A DNA stretch of 64,000 nt from Macrostomum lignano. Its lineage: Eukaryota. Position 1 is the first letter of the stretch. Each line of letters begins with the position of its first letter. Of the stretch, positions 48,778-61,526 are shown piece after piece. The DNA lies in contig NIVC01000739.1 of the NCBI GenBank assembly GCA_002269645.1, forward strand, positions 124,001 through 188,000, read 5' to 3'. A model generated the notes under the pieces. That model was not told where the DNA came from. It was given only the letters and a program-made list of their open reading frames with translations, and made no database searches. Made by a program: the position numbers and the translations under genes.

Positions 48778-49345
48778 ATGCCCTCAACTGCTACTGATAA
48801 ACGGCGACTGCAAGATCTTAAGTCAAAACTACGGACTGCACAAAATGTGACAACCGCGTTGCACGCTGATAGCGACCTCGCAACCTATCCGCTAGAGATT
48901 ATATATAATGGGTGGAGTGAAAGTTCACTTCAGAGAAATACGGATTTTTTTAAATCAATGCAGGTAAGACTCGAAATTTGTGTTTTCTGTGTATTTCTGG
49001 GTAATTTTTTATCATTAATCATGACATTGTTTCATTTCTTACTATTTGAAGGTGGTTAAAGACCTAAAGGAAAAGATTCAAATTAAAGAGAAGGAGTTGG
49101 AGAGCCGCGAGAGGGAAAACATCCCGCGTGGATGCGAATGCCCAGTGTGCTACAACTGGCTTTCGCCTTCTAGGAAGCTGGACTGCCCGCATTCGGTCTG
49201 CCTGAGATGTGTCCAAACTTTGTACAATGCGGCAGAAAATAGTATAACATGTCCAGAGTGTCGTGCGATAACATCCAAGCCGGTCAATGAACTGCCACCA
49301 AATGTGGCATTGGAGAGAGCGATTGAAAGTCATCGAACAAATTAG
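48778..49345 (+). CDS. Two-exon RING-finger (C3HC4) protein inside the Polinton, 159 aa
   Basis: Exon 1 48778-48963, 88-nt intron GTAAGA...TTTGAAG, exon 2 49052-49345, phase 0; CPVC..LDCPHSVCLRC..ITCPECR..LPPNVAL. Confidence 0.85.
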
Positions 49346-49542
49346 TTTCGATTTAAGATTCTGCAGTCGTCGTTTATTAGTAAACATAAAACACCTTTAC
49401 GAAAATAAAATATAATCTTAAATCTTAAATAAAATATAATGAGTCTTTGTTTCTTTTCTTTGCTTGAAGTGAAATTTGCATTAATGATTCAAGCATGCAT
49501 GCAAAGTGAAACTCTTACTTAGCTAGCATGACTAAGCAAATT

Positions 49543-49843
49543 TTAGTGGACACCTGTTATGCTCTGATTCTGTCAGGGATAATGCTCTGATTCTGTCAGG
49601 GATAATATGGATGGATTTAATAGGATTATGTTCGAAGTTTTCAGAGCAAGTGCGGCCCCTCCCCTTTTTCATGATTCTGTCAGGGATAGTATGGATGGAT
49701 TTGATGGGATTATGGAGGACGTTTTGTGAGCGAGTGCGACCCCCCTTTTTTTCTGATTCTGTCAGGGATAATATAGATGGATTTAATGGGATTATGGAGG
49801 AGGTGAAAAATTTTGTCCCGGAGGCCCCCTCATGCCTTCTACT
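49543..49843 (-). repeat. Right terminal inverted repeat (301 bp, includes a 23-bp tandem duplication)
   Basis: gctctgattctgtcagggataat is duplicated relative to the left TIR. Confidence 0.93.
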
Positions 49844-50454
49844 CTGCCTTATTGAGTGTAGCTACTGTTGTCTCTTTAATTCTTGTCAGTTGGATTTTGA
49901 GTTGTACGGCTTTCAGATTTGCGGTGCTTTTAAAAATTTCTGCTATACCCTTTTATTGGTGAAGGATTACTGAGATTTTGCGGATTATTAATTTTAATAA
50001 AACTCAGAATCTGAAAACCGTCATTAAATTAATAAATATAGCGTTTTGACTGACATTTTACTTTTATCTAATATAAAATCAACTATCTATAAGGCTATAG
50101 CGATGTAATACAATGTGTATATCCTTTTTTTTCGTGTGTAAACACGTGTGTAACTAAGTGTACATATTTGCTCTGCAGCTGTGGCAAGATAGGCTGAAAA
50201 ATAGATTGGCCATTCTTTCCTGTGTAGAGATCGATGTTTGCTCTTCTTTTGTATTCTCTGTATCCCTTTGTAAATCTTTCTCCCATAGTATACCTTTTCT
50301 TGCACTAATCGATTATAGCCATCAGTTAATCTATACTCTCTTCTCTCCCTAATTTACCTTCATCTTACCTGGGCTACCAGCTTCTTTGCCTAGTTTATCC
50401 TATTTTCACTTGCATTCCCTTCATTTAACTTTATCAGAGAGAAGTTAAACCCCG

Positions 50455-51340
50455 GTTCTACCCATCTTTACCTCTGCTCTACCCATCTTTACCTCTGCTC
50501 TACCCATCTTTACCTCTGCTCTACCCATCCTTTACCCCTGCTCTACCCATCTTTACCTCTGCTCTACCCATCTTTACCTCTGCTCTACCCATCCTTTACC
50601 CCTGCTCTACCCATCTTTACCTCTGCTCTACCCATCCTTTACCCCTGCTCTACCCATCTTTACCTCTGCTCTACCCATCCTTTACCCCTGCTCTACCCAT
50701 CCTTACCTCTGCTCTACCCATCCTTTACCCCTGCTCTACCCATCCTTACCCCTGCTCTACCCATCTTTACCTCTGCTCTACCCATCTTTACCTCTGCTCT
50801 ACCCATCTTTACCTCTGCTCTACCCATCCTTACCTCTGCTCTACCCATCCTTTACCCCTGCTCTACCCATCCTTACCCCTGCTCTACCCATCTTTACCTC
50901 TGCTCTACCCATCTTTACCTCTGCTCTACCCATCCTTTACCCCTGCTCTACCCATCCTTACCTCTGCTCTACCCATCCCTTACCCCTGCTCTACCCATCC
51001 TTACCCCTGCTCTACCCATCCTTTACCTCTGCTCTACCCATCTTTACCTCTGCTCTACCCATCCTTTACCCCTGCTCTACCCATCTTTACCTCTGCTCTA
51101 CCCATCCTTTACCCCTGCTCTACCCATCCTTACCTCTGCTCTACCCATCCTTTACCCCTGCTCTACCCATCCTTACCCCTGCTCTACCCATCTTTACCTC
51201 TGCTCTACCCATCTTTACCTCTGCTCTACCCATCTTTACCTCTGCTCTACCCATCTTTACCTCTGCTCTACCCATCCTTTACCTCTGTTCTACCCATTCT
51301 TACCTCTGCTCTACCCATTCTTACCCCTGCTCTTCCCTCC
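50455..51340. repeat. 20-21-bp minisatellite
   Basis: Unit ctacccatctttacctctgct. Confidence 0.95.
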
Positions 51341-51667
51341 TTTACCCCTACTATACCCTCCTGCGCCCTTAACCACTATCTTTACTCTCTGCACATCTTT
51401 ACACCTAATTATAGGGCTCATTACACTTTTCCCTAATCTACCCCATCTTACTTAAAGATTTTCTTTTTGCGTGATATATATATATATATACCCATCTTTA
51501 CTTCTAAGCTACCCTTTATCTACCCTTAGCTTTCCATAATTTACCAATCCTAATTAACTATAACTCCCCACATTCCTGATCAGATCAGTGTACTCCATAT
51601 CTGCTACGCTAATTAACAATAGATCTCAAGAACAAGCCTCGTCCTCTTAAAAGTCCGCCAGTCCGCA

Positions 51668-54600
51668 ATGACGTCATCAGCAGTGGAAGCCCCAACGGAC
51701 ATCACCGCTCAGGAGGCGGAGCTGTACGATCGCCAGATTCGTCTGTGGGGTCTGGACGCTCAGAAGCGGCTTCGGGCCTCTCGCATCCTCATGGTTGGGG
51801 CGACTCCGTTGACTGGCGAGATTGCTAAAAATCTGGTTCTAGCCGGTATCCGATCGCTCACTCTGATGGACGATAGTCCGCTATCAGCTGACGACATTGA
51901 TAGCAGCTTTATTTACGATCCCTCCTTGGCAACTGCTGCCACCACCAGAGCCGAGGCCGCGCTCTCCGCTCTCCACTCCTTGAATCCGATGGTTGAGGTG
52001 TCGGCTAAGTCTGGCCAACCCGAACAGCTCACCGCTGACGTCTTGGCCAACGAAGATTACGATGCTGTGTTGGCTATCAGCCAACCTGTTGAAGTGCTGC
52101 AATCGCTTGGCAGACTTTGTCGCAGTGTTACTTACGATGGGGAGGTTAATAGTAACGGAGCTGGTAATAATAGTAATAGCGACAGTAGTGCGAAACAACG
52201 GCGGCAGGTGCAATTCTTTGCGGCCGATTGTTTCGGTTGTCATGGTTACGTGTTTTTAGATTTGCAACGCCACGAATTTGCTACGGAACTGGCTGAGGTG
52301 AACTGAGCTGTTTTATGCTTTGATTTCAATCTTTTTTCAAAATCTACCTGTGAGATTCTTACGTCTCCAAATCTCATGTGAGATTCTCCGACATTCCTGT
52401 GTCTCATATGAGATTCTCTGGCATTCCCGAGTCTCATGTGAGATTCTCTGACATTCCTGTGTCTCATATGAGATTCTCTGCATACCCAAGTCTCATGTGA
52501 GATTCTCTGACATTCCGGTGTCTCATATGAGATTCTCTGGCATACCCAAGTCTCATGGGAGATTCTCTGACATTTCTGTGTCTCATATGAGATTCTCTGG
52601 CATACCCAAGTCTCATGGGAGATTCTCTGACATTTCTTTGTCTCATATGAGATTCTCTGGCATACCCAAGTCTCATGGGAGATTCTCTGACATTTCTGTG
52701 TCTCATATGAGATTCTCTGGCATACCCAAGTCTCATGGGAGATTCTCTGACATTCCGGTGTCTCATATGAGATTCTCTGGCATACCCAAGTCTCATGGGA
52801 GATTCTCTGACATTCCGGTGTCTCATATGAGATTCTCTGGCATACCCAAGTCTCATGGGAGATTCTCTGACATTTCTGTGTCTCATATGAGATTCTCTGG
52901 CATACCCAAGTCTCATGGGAGATTCTCTGACATTTCTTTGTCTCATATGAGATTCTCTGGCATACCCAAGTCTCATGGGAGATTCTCTGACATTCCTGTG
53001 TCTCATATGAGATTCTCTGGCATACCCAAGTCTCATGGGAGATTCTCTGACATTCCGGTGTCTCATAGGAGATTCTCTGGCATACCCAAGTCTCATGGGA
53101 GATTCTCTGACATTCCTGTGTCTCATATGAGATTCTCTGGCATACCCAAATCTCATATGAGATTCTCTGACATTCCTGTGTCTCATGAGATTCTCTGGCA
53201 TACCCAAGTCTCATGGGAGATTCTCTGACATTCCTGTGTCTCATATGAGATTCTCTGGCATACCCAAGTCTCATGGAAGATTCTCTGACATTCCGGTGTC
53301 TCATATGAGATTCTCTGGCATTCTCCAGTCTCATGTGAGATTCTCTGGCATTCCCCAGTCTCATGTGAGATTCTCTGACATTCCCGTGTCTCATATGAAA
53401 TTCTCTGGCATTCTCCAGTCTCATGTGAGATTATCTGGCATCCTCAAGTCTCCTGTGAGATTCTCTGGCATTCCCGAGTCTCCTGTGAGATTCCGACACC
53501 TTCAAATCTCTCCTGCGATATCCATGACACGAGTCCTCCATCTTCCCACTAATCCTATTTGCCTTATTCAACTCGCAGGTGCCCCCAAAGGCCGGTCAGG
53601 ACAGCTCAGTGGACCCCAAGACGGCCGCCGTCCCCGCCGCAGGTTCACAGCCAGTCGAGACCCACCTGATCAAGCGCTCAGCTGATTACGCCGATTTTGA
53701 ATCGGTGCTGCGCACTCGCTGGGACCCCGCCAAGTTGGGCAGCCTGCGGCGCCTGTCACCCGCTCTCTACCTGGCCTTCCTGCTGTTCGAATTTCAGCGC
53801 GCCAACAATGGCGCTCGCGCCGGGCCTAACGATGTGGACGCTTTGAAAACATTGTGGCGCGCCTTTGCCGAGAGTCAGCAGCTGCCAGCCAACCTGCTGG
53901 ATGAAGCGGTTCTGTCCTCCGGGCTGCAGCCGCCCAGCTGCCCCGTGCTGGCCATTGTTGGCGGGGTGGCCGCTCAGGAGGTTATCAAGGTGAGGTTGAC
54001 GGATAGCTGGTGGGATCTTAGCTAGCAAGTTTAGCTAAATGAGATTGTAACTTGAGTTTAGGGTGGGATTTCCAAGAGTTAAAAGTGAGATTTATACGAA
54101 AGTTCAGGGTAAAGTTCAGGGTTAAATTTCCAAGAAAGTTTAAACTTCAAAGTGAGACTTCCAAGAAAGATCGGGGTTAGATTATTAGGAAATTTCAGGG
54201 TGAGATTTCCGAGAAAGTTCAGGGTGAGATTTTTAGGAAATTTCAAGGTAAGATTTCTAGGAAAGTTCAAGGTGAGATTTCCAAGAAAGTTCAGGGTGAG
54301 ATTTCCAAGAAAGTTCAGGGTGAGATTTCCAAGAAATTTCAGGGTGAGATTTCCGAGAAAGTTCAGGGTACGATTTTCAGGAAAGTTAAGGGGTTGAGAG
54401 TTCAGAAAGATCAGGGTGAGATTTCAGAAAGATCGGGTTAGATTTCTAAGAAAGTTCGAGAGGTTGTAAAGAACGTTCAGGGTTTTTCAAGACAGTTAAT
54501 GGTAGATTTTTAAGAAAGTTCAGTGTGCGAATTTCTAAGAAAGTTGAGGGTAGATTTCTAAGAAAATTCATCGGGGAATTTCAAAGAAAATTCAGGACTG

Positions 54601-54825
54601 CTTTGTAGTTTCGCAATGTTTAGAAAAGTATAATGAGTTACGTAGAATTAGTTTTAATCTTAACTAATAATAGTAGTCACGCGCAAATACTACTACTCGC
54701 TACTACTTACTCCTGTTTCCCCGTTTGTTGTTGTTCAGGCCGTATCGCACAAGGACGATCCGTTTAACAATTTTTTCGTATTCGACGGCATCCAATCGTG
54801 CGGCTCTGTGCAGACTCTCGGATGA
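51668..54825 (+). CDS. SAE1: SUMO-activating enzyme subunit 1 (AOS1)
   Basis: Exons 51668-52297, 53579-53989, 54739-54825; ELYDRQIRLWGLDAQKRL, EIAKNLVLAG, IVGGVAAQEVIK, NNFFVFDG. Confidence 0.93.
52345..53500. repeat. 60-bp higher-order minisatellite (two related 30-mers) in SAE1 intron 1
   Basis: gattctctgacattcctgtgtctcatatga alternates with gattctctggcatacccaagtctcatggga. Confidence 0.95.
54060..54590. repeat. ~21-bp degenerate minisatellite in SAE1 intron 2
   Basis: Unit gggtgagatttccaagaaagttca. Confidence 0.85.
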
Positions 54826-55119
54826 CGAGCGAGCTGATTAATTATTAAATTGGCTATTCTATGAAACACTGCGTGTACTGATCCTTGCACAACCGGGTTT
54901 ATTCTATGCTAGTAATTTGCGGCAGTGCATTTTTGTTTGTACGAGTACCGTATTTGTGCTTTGCAATTATTTCTCGGCTGGCTTATTTCATTCTAGAGAT
55001 TGCATAAGGTGTGACTTTGATAATGCTGTTCTTAATTGCCTAGCTATAGTTAAATTTAATTCCTTTCAAGTCCTGCTTCAATTTACCAAATTAATTTGCC
55101 GTACTAATCCTCTGCGATA

Positions 55120-55720
55120 ATCTCCTTACTAATCCCCTGCGATAATCCCATTTCTAATCCCCTTCGATAACCTCCTTACTTATCCCCTTCGATAATCTCC
55201 TCACCAATCCCCTTCGACAATCTCCTCACTAATTCCCCTCGATAATCTCCTGTCTCACTAATCCCCTTCGATAATCTCCTCACTAATCCCCTTCGATAAT
55301 CTCCTCACTGATCCCCTTCGATAATCTCCTCACTGATCCCCTTCGATAATCTCCTGTCTCACCAATCCCCTTCGATAATCTCCTCACTAATCCCCTTCGA
55401 TAATCTCCTCACTGATCCCCTTCGATAATCTCCTGTCTCACCAATCCCCTTCGATAATCTCCTCACTAATCCCCTTCGATAATCTCCTTACTGATCCCCT
55501 TCGATAATCTCCTGTCTCACCAATCCCCTTCGACAATCTCCTCACTAATTCCCCTCGATAATCTCCTGTCTCACTAATCCCCTTCGATAATCTCCTCACT
55601 AATCCGCATCGATAATCTCTTCACTAATTCCCCTCGATAATCTCCTGTCTCATTAATCCCCTTCGATAATCTCCTCACTAATTCCCCTCGATAATCTCCT
55701 GTCCCACTAATCCCCCTCGA
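55120..55720. repeat. 24/29-bp minisatellite
   Basis: Unit actaatccccttcgataatctcctc with ctgtct variants. Confidence 0.9.
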
Positions 55721-56460
55721 AAATCTCCTCCTTAATTCTCTTTGGTAATCTCCTGTTCCATCTCCTTGGATGATTTTCCACCAAACCTTCTCGATACTCA
55801 AATCTCTAATCCATTTGAATCATAGACCTTTTATGATATATGAATCATAGGCCAGCCTGATCTCTTTAATAATCTGGCCCTAATCTCTTAGCCTTTGTAA
55901 GCTTTATGTGTTTGGTACGTAGTAATAATTATCTGTATTAATGCAATTTTTGCGTTTTAAGAGCGTAAATGCCTGTTTTTAATCTGAAATACACTGCAGC
56001 GCATTTGCTTTGCCTCTCGTATATAATAACTAAATTATTTGTTGAACCTGACACTACGCGGGTTGGGCTCAACATTCTGTCAAATCAAATCAGACTTGCT
56101 CAATGCTAATTAAACATTCTTTCTATTGTGCGTGTATTCAGTGTGTTACGAGCGTATTTATCTAATTAGTCCAGCAACTCTTAGTTATGTCCAATTATGC
56201 CATATTTGCGTCTATCTCTGCTCCCTACTCATCCTCATCTTCCCTGTCTATTCCTTTCAGAGCAGAGCGGCTGAGTCAGATAGCGTGGCCGACTATTGCG
56301 TCCGTAAGTCCCCTGAGCACCCAACTTTACATTTGAACCTTCTCAGAGTCTATCTCCTCTATCTTACATCTAATATCTCTTTTTCCACCCCGACTTCACA
56401 ACTATAAAAAAGTACTTAAAGAAAAAGGCATACATTTTTCAGCGTACATGAACTTAGACT

Positions 56461-56760
56461 TGGCGTGGTCTGATGGCCTAACGCGGCGCTCTGATGTGCC
56501 AGCGACCCAGGCTCGATTCCAAGTGCAGTCACATTAATTTTGGGCTGAATTGGAATCTTGGCTGCAGCTCTGCTCGTGCAATTAACGGCCTTGAGGACCA
56601 ACCCCAAGGCACAGTGAAGTGTACATGCCTAACGATAATTTAAGTCAGGGCCACTGTGCACTCCTGTGTGAGTGTCTGCCTTCGGGCATGACTGCCCAGG
56701 GGAGTCGTCGGTGGAATGGGCAGTAGTGACAAGTGTCGCTTAAACTACACCAGGGCCTGA
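56461..56760 (+). mobile_element. tRNA-derived SINE family B just upstream of PSTK
   Basis: A-box tggcctaacgcgg and B-box ggctcgattcc; matches the inverted copy at 25862-26200. Confidence 0.75.
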
Positions 56761-56796
56761 CTAATACAGGAATTAAAATAATAAAAAATTTCAGCC

Positions 56797-57726
56797 ATGC
56801 AACAGACAGCAAAGCCAGACGGCCAGCAGACGACGGCCCTGTTGATTGTGATGGGTCTGCCTGGCTGCGGCAAAACCACCCTGTGCAGCAGTCTGTGCCG
56901 CTCCCTCTGCTGCCAGCAGCTTCAGCACCCGACAGTGCAACTATTCGATGCCACCATGTTGAGTTCGACTCGTTCGTGCCAGACTCTGCAGTGCAGATTG
57001 GCGCTAATTACGATAGCGATGAAGCTTCATCTTGGAAGCTGGCGCGTCAGGCTCTGTTGAAAAGTCTTGATAAATTGTTATGCCGATTAGTGAACGGTAG
57101 CAAGACGTACTTTTCTGATGATGACGATGCATCTTTAGAGCCGGATTTAACCGGTCTGATGACGGAAGCTGAGATGAAGCCCGCAGATTGGGGTCGGGTG
57201 ATTCTTCTGGATGACAACTTCTACTATGCCAGCATGCGGCATGCCGTGTTCCAGCTGGCCAGGCACTGTGAGCTTCTGAGTTAAAATGCTCTTTTCTGTG
57301 TGGGATTCCGAGCTGCAGCTTTGATAGCTATTTATTAGTTTGTTGTTTAATTAGTTAGCTAGTTGTTTAGTTAGTTTGTTAGTTGTTTAGTTATTCAGTT
57401 AGTTGTTTAGTTAGTTAGTTAGTTAATTAGTTAGTTAGTTAATTAGTTAGTTAATTAATTAGTTAGTTAGTTATTTAGTTAGTTAGTTAATTAATTAGTT
57501 AGTTAGTTATTTAGTTAGTTAATTAATTAGTTAGTTAGTTACTTAATTAATTAGTTAGTTAGTTAATTAGTTTGTTAGTTAATTAGTTAGTTAGTTACTT
57601 AATTAATTAGTTAGTTAGTTAATTAACCAGTTAGTTAGTTAGTTAGTTAATTAATTAATTAATTAGTTAGTTAATTAGTTAGTTAGTTAATTAATTAGTT
57701 AGTTAGTTAGTTAGTTAGTTAATTAA

Positions 57727-57769
<43 letters not shown>

Positions 57770-59480
57770 ATTAGTTAGTTAGTTAGTTAATTAGTTAGTT
57801 AGTTAGTTAGTTAATTAATTAGTTAGTTAGTTAGTTAATCAGTCAGTCAGTCAGTCAGTCAGTCAGTCAGTCAGTCAGTCAGTCAGTCAGTCAGTCAGTC
57901 AGTCAGTCAGTCAGTCAGTCAGTCAGTCAGTCAGTCAGTCAGTCAGTCAGTCAGTCAGTCAGTCAGTCAGTCAGTCAGTCAGTCAGTCAGTCAGTCAGTC
58001 AGTCAGTCAGTCAGTCAGTCAGTCAGTCAGTCAGTCAGTCAGTCAGCCAGTCAGTCAGTCAGTCAGTCAGTTAGTCAGTCAGTCAGTCAGTCAGTCAGCC
58101 AGTCAGTCAGTCAGTCAGTCAGTCAGTCAGCCAGTCAGTCAGTCAGTCAGTTAGTCAGTCAGTCAGTCAGTCAGTCAGCCAGTCAGTCAGTCAGTCAGTC
58201 AGCCAGTCAGTCAGTCAGTCAGCCAGTCAGTCAGTCAGTCAGTCAGTCAGTCAGTCAGTCAGTCAGTCAGTCAGTCAGTCAGTTAGTCAGTCAGTCAGTC
58301 AGTCAGTCAGTCAGTCAGTCAGTCAGTCAGCCAGTCAGTCAGTTAGTCAGTCAGTCAGTCAGTCAGTCAGCCAGTCAGTCAGTCAGCCAGTCAGTCAGTT
58401 AGTCAGTCAGTCAGTTAGTCAGCCAGTCAGTCAGCCAGTCAGTCAGTCAGTCAGCCAGTCAGTCAGTCAGTCAGCCAGTCAGTCAGTCAGTCAGTCAGTC
58501 AGTCAGTCAGTCAGCCAGTCAGTCAGTCAGTCAGTCAGTCAGTCAGTCAGCCAGTCAGTCAGTTAGTCAGTCAGTCAGTCAGTCAGTCAGCCAGTCAGTC
58601 AGTCAGCCAGTCAGTCAGTTAGTCAGTCAGTCAGTTAGTCAGTCAGTCAGTCAGCCAGTCAGTCAGTTAGTCAGCCAGTCAGTCAGTTAGTCAGTCAGTC
58701 AGTCAGTCAGTCAGTCAGTCAGTCAGCCAGTCAGTCAGTTAGTTAGTCAGTCAGTTAGTCAGCCAGTCAGTCAGTTAGTCAGTCAGTCAGTCAGTCAGTC
58801 AGCCAGTCAGTCAGTCAGTCAGTCAGTCAGTCAGTCAGTCAGTCAGTCAGTCAGTCAGTCAGTCAGTCAGTCAGCCAGTCAGTCAGTCAGTCAGTCAGTT
58901 AGTCAGTCAGTCAGTCAGTCAGTCAGTCAGTCAGTCAGTCAGTCAGTCAGTCAGTCAGTTAGTCAGTCAGTCAGTCAGTCAGTCAGTCAGTCAGTCAGTC
59001 AGTCAGTCAGTCAGTCAGTTAGTCAGTCAGTCAGTCAGTCAGTCAGTCAGTCAGTTAGTCAGTCAGTCAGTCAGTCAGTCAGTCAGTCAGTTAGTCAGTC
59101 AGTCAGTCAGTCAGTCAGTCAGTCAGTCAGTTAATTAGTAAAAACCTAATCAAATTCAAATCCCCAGGGATGACATTTCCAAATGAGATTCATATACCAA
59201 AGATATGTTTTCATTTGCACACCGTCACAGACAGCTGCGGGTTCGGCACAGTCTACCTGAAGGCCAGTCTGGCCCAGCTAAAGCTAGTGAACTCGATTCG
59301 AGACAAGCCGGTGCCGCCTGCCGTGATTGACAGGATGTGGGAACGGCTGGAGGCGCCCAGTCCGGAGCGAAACCCTTGGGAAAAATTTGTCTGCCTGTTT
59401 GGCCAGAGCGATCTCGGCTTTCTGGACAGCGCTGGACAGTGAGTTGTTTCGATACATATCGCCTGATTGTGCGTGTTTGA

Positions 59481-59533
<53 letters not shown>

Positions 59534-59545
59534 CACAGACAGGGC

Positions 59546-59582
<37 letters not shown>

Positions 59583-59583
59583 C

Positions 59584-59642
<59 letters not shown>

Positions 59643-59643
59643 C

Positions 59644-59682
<39 letters not shown>

Positions 59683-59694
59683 CACAGACAGGGC

Positions 59695-59731
<37 letters not shown>

Positions 59732-59732
59732 C

Positions 59733-59791
<59 letters not shown>

Positions 59792-59792
59792 C

Positions 59793-59847
<55 letters not shown>

Positions 59848-59936
59848 GGGCAGACAGACAGACAGACAGACAGACAGACACACAGACAGACAGACAGACA
59901 GGGCAGACAGACAGACAGACAGACAGACAGATAGGC

Positions 59937-59969
<33 letters not shown>

Positions 59970-59993
59970 CACAGACAGACAGACAGACAGGGC

Positions 59994-60024
<31 letters not shown>

Positions 60025-60029
60025 TAAGC

Positions 60030-60068
<39 letters not shown>

Positions 60069-60167
60069 GAGACAGACAGACAGGGCAGACAGACAGACAG
60101 ACAGACACACAGACAGACAGACAGACAGACAGGGCAGACAGACAGACAGACAGACAGACAGATAGGC

Positions 60168-60212
<45 letters not shown>

Positions 60213-60244
60213 CACAGACAGACAGACAGACAGACAGACAGGGC

Positions 60245-60281
<37 letters not shown>

Positions 60282-60337
60282 CACAGACAGACAGACAGAC
60301 AGGGCAGACAGACAGACAGACAGACAGACAGATAGGC

Positions 60338-60370
<33 letters not shown>

Positions 60371-60870
60371 CACAGACAGACAAGCAGGCACGCAGGCGGC
60401 AGACGTACGCAAAACCACAAGAATTAGGCTTCAATCACAAGTTTCTACTCTAAAAAACACATGTTCGATACATATCGTTCCAATTTGTTGCCAGCTACTC
60501 GGACAGCAGCGTAAACGGCCGGCTCCATTCGCTAATCCGAGACTGTCTGGCAAATCCGTTCGAGCCGCCGGCGGATCCCGAATTGGCGGCCAAGCAGGCG
60601 GCAGAGGCGCGGGAGGTCTGCTCGATGTCGCTGCTGCACCAGGCCGACCTGCGGCTGCGTGCCATCGTTTCAGATTGGCTGGCCACCCAGTCTGAGTCGG
60701 AAAAGGCCGAACTGGGCAAACTGGCCGCCACCAATAAGCGGGCGGTAATGAGCGCCTTGACTAGCGGCAAGCTGAAAGTGCCGGCACCGCTAAATAGTTT
60801 CTCGCCGGATAAAAAGGATGCATTAGACAAATTTCTGATGGAAAATTTCAGCCTGCCGACTGCCAACTGA
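56797..60870 (+). CDS. PSTK: L-seryl-tRNA(Sec) kinase, with an apparent 1-bp deletion in exon 1
   Basis: P-loop GLPGCGKT (frame of 56797), then WKLARQALL and [20 protein letters not shown] (frame of 56733); exons 56797-57267, 59231-59438, 60495-60870; [13 protein letters not shown]. Confidence 0.88.
57340..59135. repeat. Compound tetranucleotide microsatellite (TTAG/TTAA)n grading into (TCAG)n
   Basis: Directly visible. Confidence 0.97.
59481..60385. repeat. (GACA)n microsatellite
   Basis: Directly visible. Confidence 0.97.
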
Positions 60871-61526
60871 TTGGCTTTTTGGCGCTTTTTTGCAATTTTT
60901 ACAAAAAATGCTTAGCTTTCTACTGCAAGTAGAGAAAATAAACTACGTGTAATTTCGATTTATTTGTATTTATAAATACATATTTTACTGGATATATATT
61001 CAACTAAAACAGAAAAAAAGCTTTTTATCAATTTTTTCTTGACTATCTTATAATTTGTTTCGATTTAGCTCGCTTGTTTTGCGTCTAGTTAGCCAAGATG
61101 AGGCATGTTAGGGACTTAAGGGCAGTTGTACCAAATATGCTTGGATTAATTAAGTTCGCGCTCCCACTAAAAAAGTCAAAAACGTTAACATCAGAATGCC
61201 CATTTCAAATATTGTTTTTCTTTTCTCTCGCTGTTATAAAACTTATATTTAGATCAATTAGCCAAATTCATTGAAAATTATAGACATCAAAGATATGCAG
61301 TAGCTACTAAAGATAGAGACATCCGATATGTATCGAAAATAGTAGTAATGCAGTTGTTAAAGTAAATGCATAATAGTTTTCATAAAATTAAAAGGTAACG
61401 CTTTCCTTAAGTTCTTTTATATCCTTAGAGTATAAGGATAACTTCCTTTAAAATTGGCTTTTTAGGTTAGAAAAAAGAGCTGTCCGTTGTTTGCAATTAA
61501 GCGATCTAAACAGGGGCAAAAATATA

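Larger units (their letters stand above)
34359..49843. mobile_element. Full-length Polinton/Maverick (adintovirus-type endogenous dsDNA virus), 15,485 bp
   Basis: Termini AGTAGAAGGC...GCCTTCTACT; 6-bp TSD CTGCCT at 34353-34358 and 49844-49849; long TIRs; pPolB, rve integrase, ATPase, adenain and two capsid genes. Confidence 0.96.

Noticed and set aside
49064-49387. 107-aa antisense ORF as a full gene
   Set aside because: Only the first ~15 codons look meaningful; the rest is the reverse strand of the RING exon
52246-53685. Long ORFs of 243-392 aa on both strands
   Set aside because: Stop-free frames of the 60-bp minisatellite within SAE1 intron 1
56461-56530. tRNA-like sequences at 56.46 kb, 11.4 kb and 25.4 kb
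   Set aside because: They have A/B boxes but no full cloverleaf and continue into shared SINE bodies
59225-60434. TDRQ/SVCL ORFs of 366-397 aa
   Set aside because: (GACA)n microsatellite artefacts inside a PSTK intron
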